From an uncultured Erysipelotrichaceae bacterium (lineage in GTDB: Bacteria; Bacillota_I; Bacilli_A; RFN20; CAG-826), in contig ONAT01000003.1 in the NCBI GenBank assembly GCA_900315885.1, positions 14,307-78,306 of the forward strand: DNA of 64,000 nt, given 5' to 3'. Each line of letters begins with the position of its first letter. The stretch's first letter is position 1. The notes beneath the pieces were generated by a model. It made no database searches. It was not told the DNA's origin and saw only the letters and a program-made list of their open reading frames with translations. Both the position numbers and the translations under genes were made by a program. Below, piece after piece: positions 19,456 to 27,985 of this stretch.

Positions 19456-19977
19456 TCATAATTTTAAAATATTCATGATAATATTTCGAAATATTAAAAC
19501 AATTTTGTTTTGATATTCATTTAACATTGTTGTGTTTATTAAGATTAGTCCTCCAACAAGTTCAGAATTCTTTGCAATTGGATAAATAGCGCAATTAATT
19601 GGTTCATATCCTTTTATAGCTTTTTGATTTAACAAAGTGACATTTCGACGCTCATTAAGCACCACTCGCAATTCATCACATATATCTTTGCCTTCTAAAC
19701 TAGCGTATCTTTCATTTGAAACCGCAACAACTTCTTCGCTACTACATAACAAAACAGGAATGCCTATCTCTTTTTCAAGTGAAGCAATCAATTTCTTAAC
19801 AGATTCATCAACACCTTGAAAAGAACTATATTTTCTAACAATTAAATCTGATTCATTATTTAAAATTAACTCGACACGATCGCCTTCATTAATTCTTAAT
19901 CTATTTCTTATTCCTTTAGGAATCACTATTCGACCGAGTTCATCTATTCTTCTTAAAACACCTAGTGGTTCATTCAT
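19456..19977 (-). CDS. spoVT: Stage V sporulation protein T (AbrB/SpoVT N-domain + GAF-like C-domain)
   Basis: VLRRIDELGRIVIPKGIRNRLRINEGD swapped-hairpin motif. Start set to ATG 19977 (GAGGTG 7-8 nt upstream), not 20007. Confidence 0.8.
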   Translation of the reverse strand: MNEPLGVLRRIDELGRIVIPKGIRNRLRINEGDRVELILNNESDLIVRKYSSFQGVDESVKKLIASLEKEIGIPVLLCSSEEVVAVSNERYASLEGKDICDELRVVLNERRNVTLLNQKAIKGYEPINCAIYPIAKNSELVGGLILINTTMLNEYQNKIVLIFRNIIMNILKL

Positions 19978-20021
19978 AAAAAACACCTCAGTTTTATTAT
20001 GGTTCAAATGTTAATAATTTA

Positions 20022-23000
20022 TTAATTATTTAAACTAGATTCCAAATTTGCTATCAAATCCACGATGCTTTTTAAATTTCCAAACCATTTATCGGCTTTA
20101 AATAGGCGTATCCTTATTTGTCTATTAACATATGTCACTTTGATATATCTTAAGTAATTGGTTAAAGCTTTAAACAAACTCATACCTACACCATCAAGAT
20201 TAGAGAATTCTTTTGATAAATATAAATCAAGGGCATTACTTTCTTCGACTAAACGATCAAAAGATTTATTGTTTTCAATTATAAATAGAATTTCTCGCTT
20301 TTCAAATAATCGCTCAACACTTTCAGGGAATCGACCATATAAGTCTCTAATTTTTGCTCTTAAAACCTTTAGTTCTTCAATTGATTTGACATTTTCAATT
20401 TCTTGATATAAGTCGATTTTGTCAATCTTTTCTACATATTCATTAGGTAGATATGCATCAATAGAGATGTTTCCAACATTTCTCGTTGCATCACTTTGTT
20501 TAATGCCTGTTTGTCTTTCTTCAATCGTTTCTTTTAATAATTGCATGTACATATCTAAACCTACAGTATCAATAAATCCAGCTTGTTCAGGGCCCAAAAT
20601 ATCTCCTGCACCACGTATCAATAAGTCTCTTTGTGCAATTTTATATCCACTACCGAGTTCAGTAAAATCCATAATTGCTTTGAGACGCTTTCTTGCTTTT
20701 TCGTTGATAACTTTGTTTGGTTTATATAACAAATAAGCATAAGCAATTCTATTCCCACGTCCTACTCGGCCTTTAATTTGATAAAGTTGCGACAAACCAA
20801 AGTTATTTGCATCCTCAATTACTATCATATTGACATTTGGAATATCAATTCCTGTTTCAATAATTGATGTACAAACTAAAATATCAATCTCACCATTGTA
20901 GAATTTAAGCATTATATCTTCAATTTCATCACGGCTCATTTGTCCATGAACAACTCCTACAACTGACCCTTTTAACTTTTTCTCAATTCGAATTGCCGTT
21001 GAATAAATCGTAGAAACATTATTGTGCAAATAAAATACTTGACCTTTTCTAGCTAATTCACGTGAAATCAATTCATAAACTACATCATCTTTTTGTGGCA
21101 TAACATATGTTTGAATTGGCATTCTATTTTCTGGTGGAGTATTTATTTGTGATAAAGATCTTATTCCAAGAAGTGACATTTGAAGGGTTCGTGGAATTGG
21201 CGTCGCAGTAAGAGTTAGAACATCAATATTAGTTTTTAATTCCTTAATTCGTTCTTTTTGTTCAACACCAAATCTTTGTTCTTCATCAACAATAAGTAAA
21301 CCTAGGTTTTTAAAATGCATATTCTTTGAAAGAATACTATGTGTACCAATTATCAAATGCGCTTCGCCACTTTCAACTTGTTTTTGATACATTTTCATTC
21401 TTTGATCATCTACCAAACGCGAAAATACCGCAATTCGCACATCAAATGGTCCGAATCTTTCAAGCGCACGTTCATAATGTTGTCTTGCTAATAAAGTTGT
21501 TGGACATAAAATGGCAACTTGTTTGCCGCTTAAAATAGCTTTAAATGCTGCTCTAAAAGCAATTTCGGTTTTACCAAAGCCGACATCGCCACAAAGCAAA
21601 CGATCCATTGGCTCACTTTTTTCCATATCACGCTTAATCTCATCGATACATTTTTGTTGATCAACAGTTAAAGCATATGGGAATTGTCGCTCAAATTCAA
21701 ATTGAAATTCATCATCTTTCTTAAAAGCAAATCCTTTAACTTGCTCACGTTCTGAATACAATTTAAATAGTCTATCCGCCATTTCATTAATGCGTTCTTT
21801 AATTTTATTCTTGGTTTTTTCCCATTCACCTGAGCCTAATTTGTTTAATTTAGGAACGGCACCCTCTTTGCCAGAAAATTTTCTTATTAATTTAAATTGT
21901 TCTAAAGGCACATATAAAACATCAGTGCCTGCATATTGTATGTGAATAAAGTCACGATGGATGCCATCAACATCTAATGTGACAACATCAATAAACCTTC
22001 CTACACCATGATTTTCATGCACGACATAATCTCCTGGAACCAAATCTTGCTCTGATTTTAAGGCAACCGCTTGTTTGTATCTATTCGCATACTTTGATGA
22101 CTTTGTTTTAAAACTAAATAATTCTTTAGATGTTAAAACAACAAGATTATTTTTTATTAAATCAAAGCCTTCATCCAAAATGTTAATCATTATGCCCAAT
22201 TGGGAGAAAGAAGTAGAAAACGAACTGATCTCCTCAAATTTTACTTCGTTGCTTGTAAGAATAGATTTTATTATTTCATATTGCTGTACATTATCCACAC
22301 ATACAATAACTTTACTTTTTGAATCTAAATAAGTTTTTATTAAATCAAAAGCTTGATTCAATGTTGTAGCAACACCCGCAATAGAAGAAACTTGAAATGA
22401 TATTGCATCTTTTTTTAATGCAAATTCATGAATGTTAATAATATTCTTATACTTTTTAATTAAGTTTTCATAATTTTGATAAACACTAATTGTTTGTAAG
22501 ACTTTCAAGTCTTTAATCTCTTCAGCTAGAAAATCTTCTGCTTCATCAAAAACAATTTTTGCAGTATTTTCTATTGGTTCTGTATTAGATAGGACAATGA
22601 CAGAGTCCTTAGTGTAATCAAGCAATGAATGATGGTTGTCTTGTAAAAAAGAGTAGTATTTTTGCACAAGTTTTTTATTAGAAGAATTCTCGTATGAGTC
22701 CAAATCAAGATTTATATTTGCAAAGAAACAACTTTGTCTTTCGTCTGAAAGTTGCTTTGATTCTAAATCGCGTTCATATCTTATTTTTTTAGAAGCGTTA
22801 TCTAACTCATTTTGAGTTAAAAGATATTCATTTGCAGGTAATATTAGTATCTCTTTTATCTCACTAATTGATGTCTGTGTTTCAATCGAAAATTGTCTAA
22901 TTGACTCAATTTGGTCATCAAACAATTCAATTCTTATTGGATTGTCATTATTAACTGAGAAGACATCAATAATGTCTCCACGATTAGCGAATTGTAAACT

Positions 23001-23495
23001 GTGGTCAATCTTATGTACTGAAACATATCCCATCGCAACTAGCTTATTCTTAATATTCTTTAGATCTAATGTGTCTCCAACTTTAAAATGCAGACAGTTC
23101 TCTTTAAATAATTCTGGTGATGGCAAATATTTCATTAATGCACTAACATGCGTAACTAATATGTAGTTATCACGTGTCTCAAGCTCGTGCATAATATATA
23201 ATCTTTGTGCAATCATTTCTTTTGATTCTGCTACTGACTCATTTCTTAATAAGTCGTCGCTAGGATAAAATAAGCATTCGTTTTCGCCAATTATATTAGA
23301 AACAAAATCATAAATTCTTTGTGAATTATATAAATTTGATGCCACAACCACTATTTTTTCTGGTTTAGCGTTATATCTTGAGCACACTAAAAGACTAGTT
23401 CCTATAACATCATCTGTTATAAATTGCTTATTTTTATTATCACAAAACAGTTCAACTGCTTCATCATTTTTTATAAGGTTTAATAAACTAGACAT
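20022..23495 (-). CDS. mfd: Transcription-repair coupling factor
   Basis: 1157 aa; GDVGFGKTE helicase motif I, DEEQRFG motif II, TRG region. Confidence 0.95.
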   Translation of the reverse strand: MSSLLNLIKNDEAVELFCDNKNKQFITDDVIGTSLLVCSRYNAKPEKIVVVASNLYNSQRIYDFVSNIIGENECLFYPSDDLLRNESVAESKEMIAQRLYIMHELETRDNYILVTHVSALMKYLPSPELFKENCLHFKVGDTLDLKNIKNKLVAMGYVSVHKIDHSLQFANRGDIIDVFSVNNDNPIRIELFDDQIESIRQFSIETQTSISEIKEILILPANEYLLTQNELDNASKKIRYERDLESKQLSDERQSCFFANINLDLDSYENSSNKKLVQKYYSFLQDNHHSLLDYTKDSVIVLSNTEPIENTAKIVFDEAEDFLAEEIKDLKVLQTISVYQNYENLIKKYKNIINIHEFALKKDAISFQVSSIAGVATTLNQAFDLIKTYLDSKSKVIVCVDNVQQYEIIKSILTSNEVKFEEISSFSTSFSQLGIMINILDEGFDLIKNNLVVLTSKELFSFKTKSSKYANRYKQAVALKSEQDLVPGDYVVHENHGVGRFIDVVTLDVDGIHRDFIHIQYAGTDVLYVPLEQFKLIRKFSGKEGAVPKLNKLGSGEWEKTKNKIKERINEMADRLFKLYSEREQVKGFAFKKDDEFQFEFERQFPYALTVDQQKCIDEIKRDMEKSEPMDRLLCGDVGFGKTEIAFRAAFKAILSGKQVAILCPTTLLARQHYERALERFGPFDVRIAVFSRLVDDQRMKMYQKQVESGEAHLIIGTHSILSKNMHFKNLGLLIVDEEQRFGVEQKERIKELKTNIDVLTLTATPIPRTLQMSLLGIRSLSQINTPPENRMPIQTYVMPQKDDVVYELISRELARKGQVFYLHNNVSTIYSTAIRIEKKLKGSVVGVVHGQMSRDEIEDIMLKFYNGEIDILVCTSIIETGIDIPNVNMIVIEDANNFGLSQLYQIKGRVGRGNRIAYAYLLYKPNKVINEKARKRLKAIMDFTELGSGYKIAQRDLLIRGAGDILGPEQAGFIDTVGLDMYMQLLKETIEERQTGIKQSDATRNVGNISIDAYLPNEYVEKIDKIDLYQEIENVKSIEELKVLRAKIRDLYGRFPESVERLFEKREILFIIENNKSFDRLVEESNALDLYLSKEFSNLDGVGMSLFKALTNYLRYIKVTYVNRQIRIRLFKADKWFGNLKSIVDLIANLESSLNN

Positions 23496-23503
23496 AGTAT
23501 CCT

Positions 23504-24055
23504 CTAATTGTATTTGGACATTGCGCGATGAAAATCGCTTTTTAAAATTTCTTTTAGCGCTTCAACTGCTTTATCTTGGGCGGTTTCAATTTTGTCTTTT
23601 TCTTCAGCGCTAGGTTTACCTAAAACATAGTCAACACAAGAAAATGTTGGCTCACCTATACCAATTCTAATACGCTTTATATTATTAGTTTTTAATAAAT
23701 CAATGATGTTTTGCATGCCCTTTTGTCCACCACTAGAACCATTAAGTCTAAGTCTTATTTTTCCTGGTTCGAGTGCCAAATCGTCATAAATCACAATGAT
23801 ATCATCCGTGGAAATCTTAAAATATTGGCAAATGCTTAATACACTTTCTCCTGAAAGATTCATATATGTTTGAGGTTTTAAAAGATATATTTCTTCATCA
23901 TAAAACTTAGTTTTACAATATAATCCTTTAAAATCTTCTCTATCGATATCTACACCTAATTGATCTGCAAATTTATCAATTGTGGTAAATCCCATGTTGT
24001 GTCTTGTTTTTTCATATTCTTTACCAGGATTACCTAGTCCAACAATTAGTTTCAT
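23504..24055 (-). CDS. pth: Peptidyl-tRNA hydrolase
   Basis: MKLIVGLGNPG...TRHN canonical start; first ATG of the ORF (24070) probably not used. Confidence 0.93.
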   Translation of the reverse strand: MKLIVGLGNPGKEYEKTRHNMGFTTIDKFADQLGVDIDREDFKGLYCKTKFYDEEIYLLKPQTYMNLSGESVLSICQYFKISTDDIIVIYDDLALEPGKIRLRLNGSSGGQKGMQNIIDLLKTNNIKRIRIGIGEPTFSCVDYVLGKPSAEEKDKIETAQDKAVEALKEILKSDFHRAMSKYN

Positions 24056-24107
24056 GACTATATCCTCCAATCGCTATAAGTATATCACATAGAAAGAAAA
24101 TGAGTAA

Positions 24108-24137
24108 TAAAAAGCAAGTATACAAATACTTGCCTTT
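24108..24137 (-). terminator. Terminator after the DUF1540 gene
   Basis: GGCAAGTA-6 nt-TACTTGC plus a T-run. Confidence 0.75.
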
Positions 24138-24144
24138 ACTTAAT

Positions 24145-24462
24145 TTACTTTTTTGGAGTATAAGTCGCACATTTTGCTTCATTCATTCTTCCTTGAATTT
24201 TGACTTGATGCGAACTACATTCTCCAAAGTTCCAATAGTTACAATTTTCTTCATTACATAGAATGTGATGATTATCTTCTCTTGTTCCTAACCCGCATTC
24301 GCAAGCAAATTCGAACTCACTTTTAGCGTTATTTTCGTTTTTTGGACCTTTAAGATCAAAAGAATCACAACATGCATCACGAGATATTTGTACAACATCT
24401 TTTACACAGTGCTTGCAATAGTTGTGAACGCAACCATTTTCTGTACATTTTAATTTTTGCAT
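24145..24462 (-). CDS. Cys-rich DUF1540-type protein (two repeats)
   Basis: CTENGCVHNYCKHC...CCDSF and CNEENCNYWNFGEC...KCATY repeats. ATG at 24462 lies 9 nt after AAAGGAGA. Confidence 0.6.
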   Translation of the reverse strand: MQKLKCTENGCVHNYCKHCVKDVVQISRDACCDSFDLKGPKNENNAKSEFEFACECGLGTREDNHHILCNEENCNYWNFGECSSHQVKIQGRMNEAKCATYTPKK

Positions 24463-24504
24463 AGTTTTCATTCTCCTTTGGGATTAGTTTTTGTAAAAAA
24501 GTAG

Positions 24505-24531
24505 AATTATATACTTAATTTGTATATAATT
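24505..24531. repeat. Inverted repeat AATTATATAC-N7-GTATATAATT in the divergent DUF1540/DUF368 spacer
   Basis: 10-bp perfect arms; each arm contains TATAAT reading outward toward one of the two divergent genes. Confidence 0.9.
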
Positions 24532-24549
24532 TAGCAAGGAGGAATTCTT

Positions 24550-25485
24550 ATGAACATCAAAATTAAGAGTTTTAAGGATTTTGCACTTTTGGTTCTCAAA
24601 GGTCTTGCTGTCGGCATTGCTATGCTCATCCCAGGAATCAGCGGTGGGACTTTATCATTAATGCTTGGTATATATGAAGACACTATTGAAAGTGTTGCTG
24701 GCATAAGAAAGCATTTTAAAGATTCTATTTTGTTTTTAATTCCATTAGCTATAGGTGCTTTATTAGGTTATCTAGCTCTAGTAAAATTAGTATCATTAGG
24801 GCTAACTTACATTCCAATTCCGACCATTACATTATTTGTTGGATTTATCATTGGTGGTCTCCCATCAATTTGCCGTAATGTAAAAGGAGCAAAGTTTAAT
24901 GTTCCAAATGTTCTTTGTTTCGTAATTGCATTCGTACTTGCTGCTGGTTTAGGAGTCTTGTCTCAAAACTTAGGCTTAAGTGTTAAAATAGAAGATGTAA
25001 ACGTTTGGTCATATATTTTAATTCTTGTGGGTGGTATTTTAGCAGCATTCGCATTAGTGGTTCCAGGAATATCTGGATCAGCAGTTTTACTTGCATTAGG
25101 ACTTTACGAATTGGTGGTCATCGTTTCCATACCTAATGTCATAAAATTTAATTTTGCTAATTATTTGCCTATTACCTTAGTATTTGCGTTAGGTGCATTA
25201 ATTGGTTTATTATGCATTACAAAACTTATGAAATTTTTACTTAAAAACCACACAATTCCGACTTTCTTTGCAATTATTGGATTTATTATCGGTTCAATAT
25301 TCTCAGTTTATTATAATCACGAAGTCATTAGTAAAGGATATTATGAGGTTTTAACTAATAACCCATGGCAATATGCTTTAATGTTTGGAATGCTAGTTAT
25401 TGGTATAGTCATTGCTTTATTGCTCGATAAATTAGTTAATAAAAGCGATAAAGAAAAAGAAGAAGTAACAAATGAGGCTAGATAG
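24550..25485 (+). CDS. DUF368 family polytopic membrane protein (family implicated in polyprenyl-phosphate recycling)
   Basis: 311 aa; repeated PGISGGT/PGISGS motifs characteristic of DUF368; RBS AAGGAGGA. Confidence 0.75.
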   Translation: MNIKIKSFKDFALLVLKGLAVGIAMLIPGISGGTLSLMLGIYEDTIESVAGIRKHFKDSILFLIPLAIGALLGYLALVKLVSLGLTYIPIPTITLFVGFIIGGLPSICRNVKGAKFNVPNVLCFVIAFVLAAGLGVLSQNLGLSVKIEDVNVWSYILILVGGILAAFALVVPGISGSAVLLALGLYELVVIVSIPNVIKFNFANYLPITLVFALGALIGLLCITKLMKFLLKNHTIPTFFAIIGFIIGSIFSVYYNHEVISKGYYEVLTNNPWQYALMFGMLVIGIVIALLLDKLVNKSDKEKEEVTNEAR

Positions 25486-26170
25486 ATATCTTTCTAATGC
25501 CGGAATTGGCACAAGAAAAGAAGTAAAAAAGTTAATAAAAGATGGTAAAGTCTCTGTTGGTGATTTAATTATTAAAGAGTCAGATTATCAAGTAACTTTT
25601 AATTCAAAAGTTCATGTTTTAAACAAATTAATTAACTACAAGGAATATTATTATTTGCTATTGAACAAGCCGAAAGGTTACATATCTGCGACCGAAGATA
25701 ATTATCATAAAGTTGTTTTAGATTTAGTAGAAGACTATAAAAAATACCACATTGCTCCAGTAGGTAGATTAGATATAGATACAACTGGCGTTATGCTATT
25801 AACAAACCATGGTTCACTTGCGCATTCCTTGCTTTCACCTAAAAGTCATGTTTCAAAGACATATGTCGCCGAAGTAAATCATCCTTTATCAAAAGATTTA
25901 ATAGGTCTATTCTCTACTGGTGTCACCTTAGATGATGGATATAAATGTTTGCCAGCGCAATTAAAAATAATCGACAATTTACATGCCGAATTAACTATTC
26001 ATGAAGGTAAATTTCATCAAGTAAAAAGAATGTTTCTTACTTTTGGTTATGAAGTAATCAACTTAGAAAGAACTAAATTTGATGATTTGACTTGCAAAGG
26101 ACTATCTCAAGGCGAATATCGTGAATTAACCGACGAAGAGATTACACACTTATTAAATCATATTAAATAA
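25472..26170 (+). CDS. rRNA pseudouridine synthase, RsuA/RluB family (S4 + PseudoU_synth_2)
   Basis: MRLDRYLSNAGIGTRKEVKKLI S4 start; catalytic GRLDIDTTG motif. Confidence 0.85.
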   Translation: MRLDRYLSNAGIGTRKEVKKLIKDGKVSVGDLIIKESDYQVTFNSKVHVLNKLINYKEYYYLLLNKPKGYISATEDNYHKVVLDLVEDYKKYHIAPVGRLDIDTTGVMLLTNHGSLAHSLLSPKSHVSKTYVAEVNHPLSKDLIGLFSTGVTLDDGYKCLPAQLKIIDNLHAELTIHEGKFHQVKRMFLTFGYEVINLERTKFDDLTCKGLSQGEYRELTDEEITHLLNHIK

Positions 26171-26174
26171 CATG

Positions 26175-26201
26175 AAAAGCAGAATGTTGAATTCTGCTTT
26201 T
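26175..26201. terminator. Bidirectional terminator between the convergent rsuA-family and FGGY kinase genes
   Basis: AAAAGCAGAAT-5 nt-ATTCTGCTTTT, with A/T runs on both sides. Confidence 0.85.
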
Positions 26202-27759
26202 ATTTTGTATATTTTTTATTAAATTCTTTGATATCAAGATATATACCTGATAATTTATTGAACATTTTCTTATAAACTTTGTTAAATAACACATCGTATT
26301 TTTCATGATTATCTTGATTTGGTTTAAACACAACTGATTTATGAACCATATTCTTAACTGCTTCATCATAATCTTTATAAACATTTAAATATTTATAAGC
26401 TACTATTGCACAGCCTAAAGATGCAGTTTCATTTGTTTGTACACGATATACAGGAACGCCGAATATATCCGCAGTAATTTGACAGATTGCATCACTTCTA
26501 GATCCTCCACCGGATACCGCAATTTCATCGACTTTGTGATGTTGCCTTTTTTCAATGCCTTCAAGGCCATCTCTTAAGCCATAGGCAACACCTTCAACAA
26601 TTGAACGATATACGTGATATAAAGTATGGCAGTCGCTAAATCCAATAATTGCGCCTTTAGCGTTAGGTCTTTTTAATCCTGGTCCCCAATATGGTTGCAA
26701 CACAAGTCCTTCAGATCCAGGTGGAATTTGAAGCAATTTTTCATTTAAGTACTCTTCAACTGCTAATTTTTGGATTGTGGCTTCTACAGATTCTTTTTTA
26801 GCAAATTCTTTCGTAAACCAAGTAATCATCCAATAGCCACGATATATTTGAACTTCCATATTGTATAAATTAGGAATTGCTGCAGGATATGCAGGTAAGA
26901 ATTGCTCTGGTTCAATATATTTAGGATTTGATACTTCAATCGTAGATGCAGTTCCATAAGAAATACTAGCTTTATCTTTTGTTAAGCAACCTGTACCTAA
27001 AGTTTCACAAGCTTTATCAGAACCAGTTGCAATTAAAACTAATCCTTCTTTTAAACCTGTTTCTTCACTACATTTTTTTGTTATTTTTCCTAATACTTCG
27101 CCAGATTGCACAATACGACAACACATTTCACGGTCAACACCAAAAATTGGATATTTTAAATCTGTTTCCTTGTACCATTTTTTCTTTTTAAAATCGATTG
27201 GATAGTGACCGGTTTGGTTTCCAATAGAATCGACCAGTTCACCAACTAAACGATAGACAAAATATGTTGAAATATTCACATAATGTTTGGTTTTTGCCCA
27301 GTTTTCTGGTTCATTTTCTTGTAGCCATACCGCCGCTGTTCTACGATGGGTTATATCAATTGTGTCAGTCATGCCAACAATTTTAAATAATACTCTTTGG
27401 AGAAGTGGTAATTTCTTTTTACCTTCCGCCATACGTTGGTCAAGCCATAAAATAGATGGTCTAATAACTTCATTGTTTTCATCTAATAAAACTGATGAAT
27501 CTCTAAAACAAGTCATAGAAACACAAGCCACTCTATCCATCAAGTCTTTATAATTTGCAGTTAATTCCTTACATGCTTTACATAATTTATCCCAGTAATA
27601 TTGTGGATATTGTTCGCAATATCCTGGTTTAATTGAAAAATATGCTTGTTCATATTGTTCTTTGACATTCACTAAAACTTGTCCGTCTTTATCAATAATT
27701 AAAGTTCTAACGCTTTGTGTACCAAAATCAAGCGTGAGAACTAAAGAATTTTCATTCAT
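26200..27759 (-). CDS. FGGY-family carbohydrate kinase (substrate unknown)
   Basis: LDFGTQSVR N-terminal actin-fold motif, C-terminal GGGSRS. ATG at 27759 preceded by AGGAAG; the track's GTG at 27768 overlaps the RBS. Confidence 0.8.
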   Translation of the reverse strand: MNENSLVLTLDFGTQSVRTLIIDKDGQVLVNVKEQYEQAYFSIKPGYCEQYPQYYWDKLCKACKELTANYKDLMDRVACVSMTCFRDSSVLLDENNEVIRPSILWLDQRMAEGKKKLPLLQRVLFKIVGMTDTIDITHRRTAAVWLQENEPENWAKTKHYVNISTYFVYRLVGELVDSIGNQTGHYPIDFKKKKWYKETDLKYPIFGVDREMCCRIVQSGEVLGKITKKCSEETGLKEGLVLIATGSDKACETLGTGCLTKDKASISYGTASTIEVSNPKYIEPEQFLPAYPAAIPNLYNMEVQIYRGYWMITWFTKEFAKKESVEATIQKLAVEEYLNEKLLQIPPGSEGLVLQPYWGPGLKRPNAKGAIIGFSDCHTLYHVYRSIVEGVAYGLRDGLEGIEKRQHHKVDEIAVSGGGSRSDAICQITADIFGVPVYRVQTNETASLGCAIVAYKYLNVYKDYDEAVKNMVHKSVVFKPNQDNHEKYDVLFNKVYKKMFNKLSGIYLDIKEFNKKYTK

Positions 27760-27942
27760 TTGTTTCACTTCCTACGATTAATTTTATTACATTTTGCATG
27801 CTTTGAAAATCGTTTTTTTCTTTCCTTGCGTTAGCTATTACTAATTTTAAGCACGAAGTTATATAAAACTTACAATTTTTTATCTTTTTTGAATGAAATT
27901 ATATTTCATTTATGCTAATATAATTCCGTAGCATTTAACTAC

Positions 27943-27960
27943 GCTAATATTAATATTAGC
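27943..27960. repeat. 18-bp perfect palindrome GCTAATATTAATATTAGC upstream of the ppdK RBS
   Basis: Self-complementary; ends 12 nt upstream of AGGAGGA. A second palindrome AATGAAAT-TAT-ATTTCATT lies at 27892-27910. Confidence 0.9.
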
Positions 27961-27985
27961 AAAGAAATTTTTAGGAGGAAAAGAA

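Noticed and set aside
19456-19977. AbrB/MazE-type antitoxin interpretation of the SpoVT-like ORF
   Set aside because: It is 173 aa with a GAF-like C-terminal domain, has conserved synteny (mfd-spoVT), and has no adjacent toxin ORF. It is a SpoVT-type regulator, not a TA module.
26163-26384. 73-aa minus-strand ORF overlapping the 3' end of the FGGY kinase in another frame
   Set aside because: It is fully embedded in a well-supported CDS and terminator. The AT-rich frame gives an Ile/Lys/Asn-rich peptide and is not credible.
27804-27817. cre-like site TGAAAATCGTTTTT in the kinase/ppdK spacer
   Set aside because: It does not fit the cre consensus TGWAANCGNTNWCA: the central CG is out of register and the 3' half is missing.
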